From the human T2T-CHM13v2.0 reference genome, Homo sapiens: 64,000 nucleotides of DNA. The stretch is taken from assembly GCF_009914755.1 (NCBI RefSeq), contig NC_060931.1; one strand, written 5' to 3'. Each line of letters opens with the position of its first letter. Within the stretch, counting starts at the first letter, position 1. Position numbers and translations under genes: made by a program. This document shows positions 56,836-64,000 of this stretch, one piece after another. The notes under the pieces were generated by a model. That model did not search any database. It saw only the letters and a program-made list of their open reading frames with translations, and was not told the DNA's origin.

Positions 56836-57355
56836 TATAATTTATTCAACGTCCTCTATGCACCAGGCACTGTGCTGTCTTTTCAGAGAAGCTATTTGTG
56901 TGGTGGGTGCGAATCTGCCTATTTTACAGATGAGACTGACTTGCCCAATGTCACTCAGCCAGTAAAGGGTAGGGCTAATATGTCAGCCTGAGTCCGTGAG
57001 ATTCCAGAGCCTGGATCGGACCAAGGCTTGAGGGAGGCTGGGGGAGGGGCTAGGGCTGAGGTCTTGGCAGATGGACCCCACTTGCCAGCCAGTGAGTTGT
57101 GCGGGAGGAGCGGAAAGCTGGCTGGGCACTGAGCTGTCCACGTGGGGGCTGCCCTAGCTGTGGCCGGCTGGGGAAACCAGCTATGGCCCCTCCCTGGAGG
57201 GAATAAGGTCAGGCCAGCAGCAGAGGTGACACAGGGAGTTAGGGGCTGAGAGGTCTGGGGTGCAGATGACCGGACCTGGGTGGGGGTTCACCTACTCCAG
57301 GTTCCCATTTTGCAGAAGGGAAGATGAGGCCTGGAGATGGATGGTATCTTAAGCA

Positions 57356-58248
<893 letters not shown>

Positions 58249-58378
58249 GGTTCCCAGGTGGCAGGGGTGGCCCGGGGTACGTGTCCATGCGAGACAGGGC
58301 TCAGACACAGATCAGCTTCCTGGCTTCCCACGGGTGGGGCTGAAGTGGGCTAAGCAGAGGCAGGCAGGGACAAGAGGA

Positions 58379-58440
58379 GGACACACGCGGGCTTCTGGGG
58401 AGAGGGCAGGACCCACGCAGGCTTCTGGGGAGAGGGCAGG
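58379..58440 (+). repeat. 30-bp tandem duplication
   Basis: GGAC(A/C)CACGC(G/A)GGCTTCTGGGGAGAGGGCA x2. Confidence 0.85.
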
Positions 58441-58974
58441 GGGCTCAGGTGGAGACACACGCATGCTTCGTCTGTACTGGGCTCTGAATTCTGTGCCTCT
58501 CCTGCCTGCTGGCGACCGGGGGCCCTGCCTGACTTTGGGCCTGGGGCCTGCTGTGTGAGCCAAAGAGGGAGTGATGTTCTGAGACCTGGGCTTTGGATGC
58601 TGGAGGCCAGCAGGGCTGGTGAGGGTGGCAGAGCCTTGGGGCCAAGTCGGGCCTTGGGCGCCCACCTGCATGCTCCCCTTCTTGGTTGAGCCATCGCCCT
58701 GCCCAGGACCTGCTTGGCAGCGCCTGAAGGTAACAGAGGGCTGGCAGTCCAAATATGGGGCATTGGAGCCATGGGCTGGGGCAGCAGCCGTAGCTGGGCG
58801 GTGTGGGCAGGGGGCTGGCAGGCGCCGGCCGCGGCTGTCTCCTCCAGGGCCTGCTGGTGTGGCGTCTGGCCGCGGCCCAGCACCGCCGTCATCTGGGCTC
58901 AGCTCCCTCTGTCCGCGGGGCTGTCTCCCTGGTGGTGCCGGCCCCAGAGCGCATGGCCACAGCCAGCCTGGTCC

Positions 58975-59190
58975 ACCCGACATTGAAGCCTCCCTGTCAT
59001 AATTGGCAATTTTGTCATATTTATTCACAACAGATCGGGCTGTCGGGAGCTTGTGGGGGCTCTCCGGAGGCCCGCCGTGAAATCGGTTTGAAATGGCGTG
59101 TCAGGTTTTTCTCTCCCTGCTGAAGCGACCATCTGGCTGATAGACTCGGCGCTGGGATGATACGCTGACCCGCGGAATCACGGCTAAGCC
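58975..59190. promoter_or_regulatory. Motif-dense CpG-retaining island, candidate enhancer
   Basis: CTGTCATAATTGG 58994-59006, TGTCATATTTAT 59013-59024, ACCATCTGG 59128-59136. Confidence 0.5.
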
Positions 59191-59574
59191 GCTCCCGGGG
59201 GGCCACATGCCGGCTGGGCAGCCCCTCGTGCCACACCTGACCTCCCTGTGGGTTCTGGGAGCCAGGCCACAGGGCAAGGCCTGGGCTGGGCAGGGACAGG
59301 GGTGGGCACCAGGCTGGGAGCTCCCCGGGTACCCCACTGGCCCTCTGTGCTCCACTGGGTTGGCACCTTGCCACCACCCCGAGCCCACCTGGCAGACAGA
59401 GTGGGGTGCAGGGTGGGGTGGGACGGCTCCTCCCCCTGCAGATCCACAGCCGGGCTCGGGCTTCCACTGGGAGCTGGTGTGCACATGGGTGTGTGTGATC
59501 CTGAGCACATGTTTGCACACATGTGTGGTTGCACACAGGCCACACGACCCAGCGCCCCATGTGCACCAACAGAT

Positions 59575-59930
59575 GAGGGTAAGAGACATTCGCTGCCATA
59601 ACAAGCATCCCCAAGTCTCAGTGGCTGCCCAGATTCAAGATGGAATTTCTTGATCACATGGCAGTTGGGGTTGACCCAAGTGGCTTTGCTCCATGCAGTC
59701 ATTCAGGCCTCCAGGCGCATTCCTGTGAGCAGCCTGGACCTGCCAGCCTGTGGTTTGTGAGTACCAGTGTCACTCAAATGGGGAGGTGGAGCAGGGGAAA
59801 GATGGAGAAGGAGTTGCGTGCGGGAAGGTCCGAGCCGACTCCAGTGCCTTTTGCTTGGTTCTACGGATTTCAGCACTGATGCTGTGGTCCCACGTAGGTG
59901 CCAGGAAGGCTGAGAAATGTAGTTTCCTGG
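59575..59930. mobile_element. MLT1 (MaLR) LTR relic
   Basis: gctgccataacaagcatccccaagtctcagtggct...gcagtcattcagg...aggctgagaaatgtagt. Confidence 0.65.
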
Positions 59931-59940
59931 GAGCCCTCCC

Positions 59941-60706
<766 letters not shown>

Positions 60707-62329
60707 CAGGAGCCTGTCAAGCAGGCCAGGCGTGTGCTTTAGGCATCAGCAAAGCCGTGTCACCGAAAACATCTCTGGGCAGGTGTGGGTGGGAGGGGCC
60801 TGACCCTGGGCTGGAGTCTCACCCTGGGCCAGCACTTCGGGGCTGGGATGGGTCAGAGGAGGGGTGGCTGGCTGACGTCGCCTGGTCGTTTTTAACGCTG
60901 ACAGCCACATCAGGAAAGTCTGTTAGGCAGCGGTGGCGAGAAATTGATTGGTTTTGGAGCAAAGACCAAAAGCCAGGGCCTTGGGAAGGTTGTGGGAACG
61001 ACGGGGTGGCGGGTTGCCTGGCTGCTCGTTCTCATGTGTGTCTGTCCGTCTGTCCCCCGAGGGATCCAGGGTCAGGGGAGGGTCCAGGTGGCCCCATCCT
61101 GCTGCTGAAATCCCCAGCGTGGATTTTAGGGGATACTGGGTGCACAGGGGCCTGCCAGGGATCCAGGTTAGGGTCTGTCTCGGAGCCTCATTGGGGGTTG
61201 TGGCTGGCACTTCCCTTGGGAGGCCACTCAGGTTCCCTGCAGCCCCAACCCTCCCACACCTGCTGTCTCCCAGCTGGGCCAGTGTGGGGCCCAGCAGGGC
61301 CGGTGCCTGGGGGCTACCTGAGCCGTGTCCATCACACCCCCAGTCTCCCCTCCCCGTGGCCTCCGACCTGCTCTTGGGCCTGGGGGATGTTGCGTCCACA
61401 CCTGGCTTCTAATCCCACTGTCTCTGCTCACCAGCTGGGTGACGCTGGACAGGTCGGCTCCCCTTTCTGATCCTCAGTTTCTTCCTCTGTGAAGTGGGGA
61501 GGAGACCCCAGCCTGCGGGGGCAGGAATCCTGGAGCGCGGAGAGCGTGGTGGATCCCCTCTTCCCCACTGCTCTCCCTGTCTGCACTGGGTGAGCCCTGG
61601 CCTTGCGCTGCCTGGAGGGATGTCAGGTGGGCCCTGCTGGCCCTTCCCATGGCCTGGTGTCTCATCTGCCCAGTGCCAGCCCCGGCCACCTGGATGCTGT
61701 AGGGGAGACCCCAGCGAGTGTCGGGGGATGGCAGAGAAGCCCCTGCCTCCAGCTGTGGTGGAGTCTCGGGGGAGGCCTGGCTCCTGGCTCGGCCGGCTAA
61801 GTGGGGTTTGCGTGTTTGAACTCCGAGCCTGGTTGCTATTTTTCTAAGGATTAGGAGAAGCTGCGGCTCTTCACACAGCGCTACCCAGGCCGAGACAGGC
61901 GTCCTCACTGAGCACCCAACACCCAGGCCCACCTGGGGATGGCAAGGGGGGCACAGAGGGATGGCCCCGGGCCTGATGGGAGGGGCGGGGCTGTGGGCGG
62001 AATTGGGGGCAGAGGCAGAGGGGAGGCCGGGTCCCAGGCCTCATGACCCCGAGGGCCCAGCGCCTCACTGGGCCTCAGGTTTCCAGCTGCTGAAATACAC
62101 CGCGGTGCTGACACCATCCCAGCGCCACTCCTGGCTCAGCCCTGTGTTCTGGAGGCGCGCCCAGCCAGCCTCCCTCCCAGCCTCGGTCTCCTCATCTCTG
62201 AAATGGGCCGTAGCCCATGCAGGGCTGTAAGGGGGTTAATGTAACTCGGGACATGCAGTGGTCACCCCCAGAGACGCGCACCACCCAGATGGGAGTCTGA
62301 GCCCCAGGCCTGGGCATGCCACGCTGACC

Positions 62330-62915
<586 letters not shown>

Positions 62916-63373
62916 GCAGCGATGTTTTCACGCCCCCTTTCTTTGCCTCTGTTTATTTGTAAAACTGCAAGGCTGCAGCAGGCAAAATACAGGACCCTCG
63001 TGCTCTAAGCTTGTCAGGTTCCAGCCTGGAGTTGGTCAGAGATCTTGAACCGACTCAACTTGCCGGAGGCTCAGTGTTCAGCGTCTCAGACTCTTGGAGG
63101 GTAAGGGGCAGGTTGGGGGTCTGGGGGTACCTGAAGCTGGCTGTGAAGGATGTCTAGGAATTGAAGAATGAGGATGGAGGGTGGAAAGCCGGGTGCACTG
63201 TGGGCAGGCAGAGTGGGTGGCCAAGGTGAGGGGGGGCACGCGGTGGGGCTGGCAGCGGCCGGAGAAGCCCAGGCTGGAGCTTAGTCCTCTCCCTGTGGGC
63301 CCTGGGGCCGTGGAAGAGGTTGTTTAGTTTTTACTCTGAAACCATCTCAAACACAAACAATATTGTAAGAATA

Positions 63374-63666
63374 GGCCAGGTGCCTTATGCCTGTAATTCC
63401 AGCACTTTGGGAGGCTGAGGTGGGAGAATTGCTTGAGCCCAGGAGTTTGAGACCAGCCTAGGTAACATAGCAAGACCCCATCTCTAAAAAAAAAAAAAAA
63501 AAAATTAGCTGGGTATGGTGATGGGTGCCTGTAGTCCCGGCTACTCAAGAGGCTGAGGTGGAAGGATTGCTTGAGCCTGGAAGTGGAGGCTACAGTGAGC
63601 TGAGATTGTGCCACTGTACTCCACCCTGGGGAACAGAATGGGAGCTTGTCTCAAAAGAAAAAAAAA
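63374..63666 (+). mobile_element. AluJ
   Basis: Full dimer. Confidence 0.92.
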
Positions 63667-63858
63667 GTATATATTCTTCCTATGTATAGTAAGAACAGTA
63701 CAAAGAACTTTGTCTTTCCTGAACCATTTTAGAATGTCTTGTTGACACAAGCTGCATTTTCCCCGAATACATGATACTCATTCTACAAAATCAGGAAACA
63801 CAGGCTGGGTGCTGGATTGAAGGGACTTTCTTTCCTTTTTCCAGTCCTATTGCAATCA

Positions 63859-64000
63859 TTTTTTTTTCTTTTTTTTCTTTTTTTTTTTGACAGGGTCTTC
63901 CTCTGTTGCCTGGGCTGGAGTGTAGTTGTGTGATCATAGCTCACTGCAGCCTCGACCTCCCGGGCTCAAGTGATCCTCTAGCCTCAGCCTCCCAAAGTGC
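63859..64000 (-). mobile_element. AluJ/FRAM-like fragment cut by the window end
   Basis: poly-T then gacagggtct...gctcactgcagcctcgacctcc. Confidence 0.88.

Overview
Primate (very probably human) genomic DNA with no recognisable protein-coding exon, tRNA, rRNA or CRISPR array. It is GC-rich, Alu-dense and minisatellite-rich, like a distal or subtelomeric chromosome band. Three layers are present. (1) About 30 Alu elements or fragments plus old L1M, L2, MIR, MER33, MER63, MLT and MER74-like relics, and one 5'-truncated L1PA. (2) Many tandem repeats: a 23-bp VNTR (4.8-5.4 kb), a 2.7-kb TAGGGTT-containing VNTR (9.1-11.8 kb), a 4.2-kb indel-free 20-bp VNTR (17.0-21.2 kb) abutting a 19-bp VNTR, and several simple repeats. 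(3) Roughly ten non-repetitive AT-rich islands, some with unusual CpG retention, packed with homeodomain, TALE, SOX, TCF and FOX-type motifs. These islands look like the conserved enhancer landscape of a developmental regulator lying outside the window; this is inference, as conservation was not computed. The long ORFs in the track are artefacts of repeats or GC content. The most distinctive directly visible structures are a single inverted unit forming a perfect hairpin inside the 20-bp VNTR, a 780-bp higher-order period in that VNTR, and a ~230-bp copy of nearby Alu+L1 sequence inserted into another Alu between 9-bp direct repeats. I found no new gene system. Repeat subfamily calls are from memory of the consensus sequences and their boundaries are approximate.
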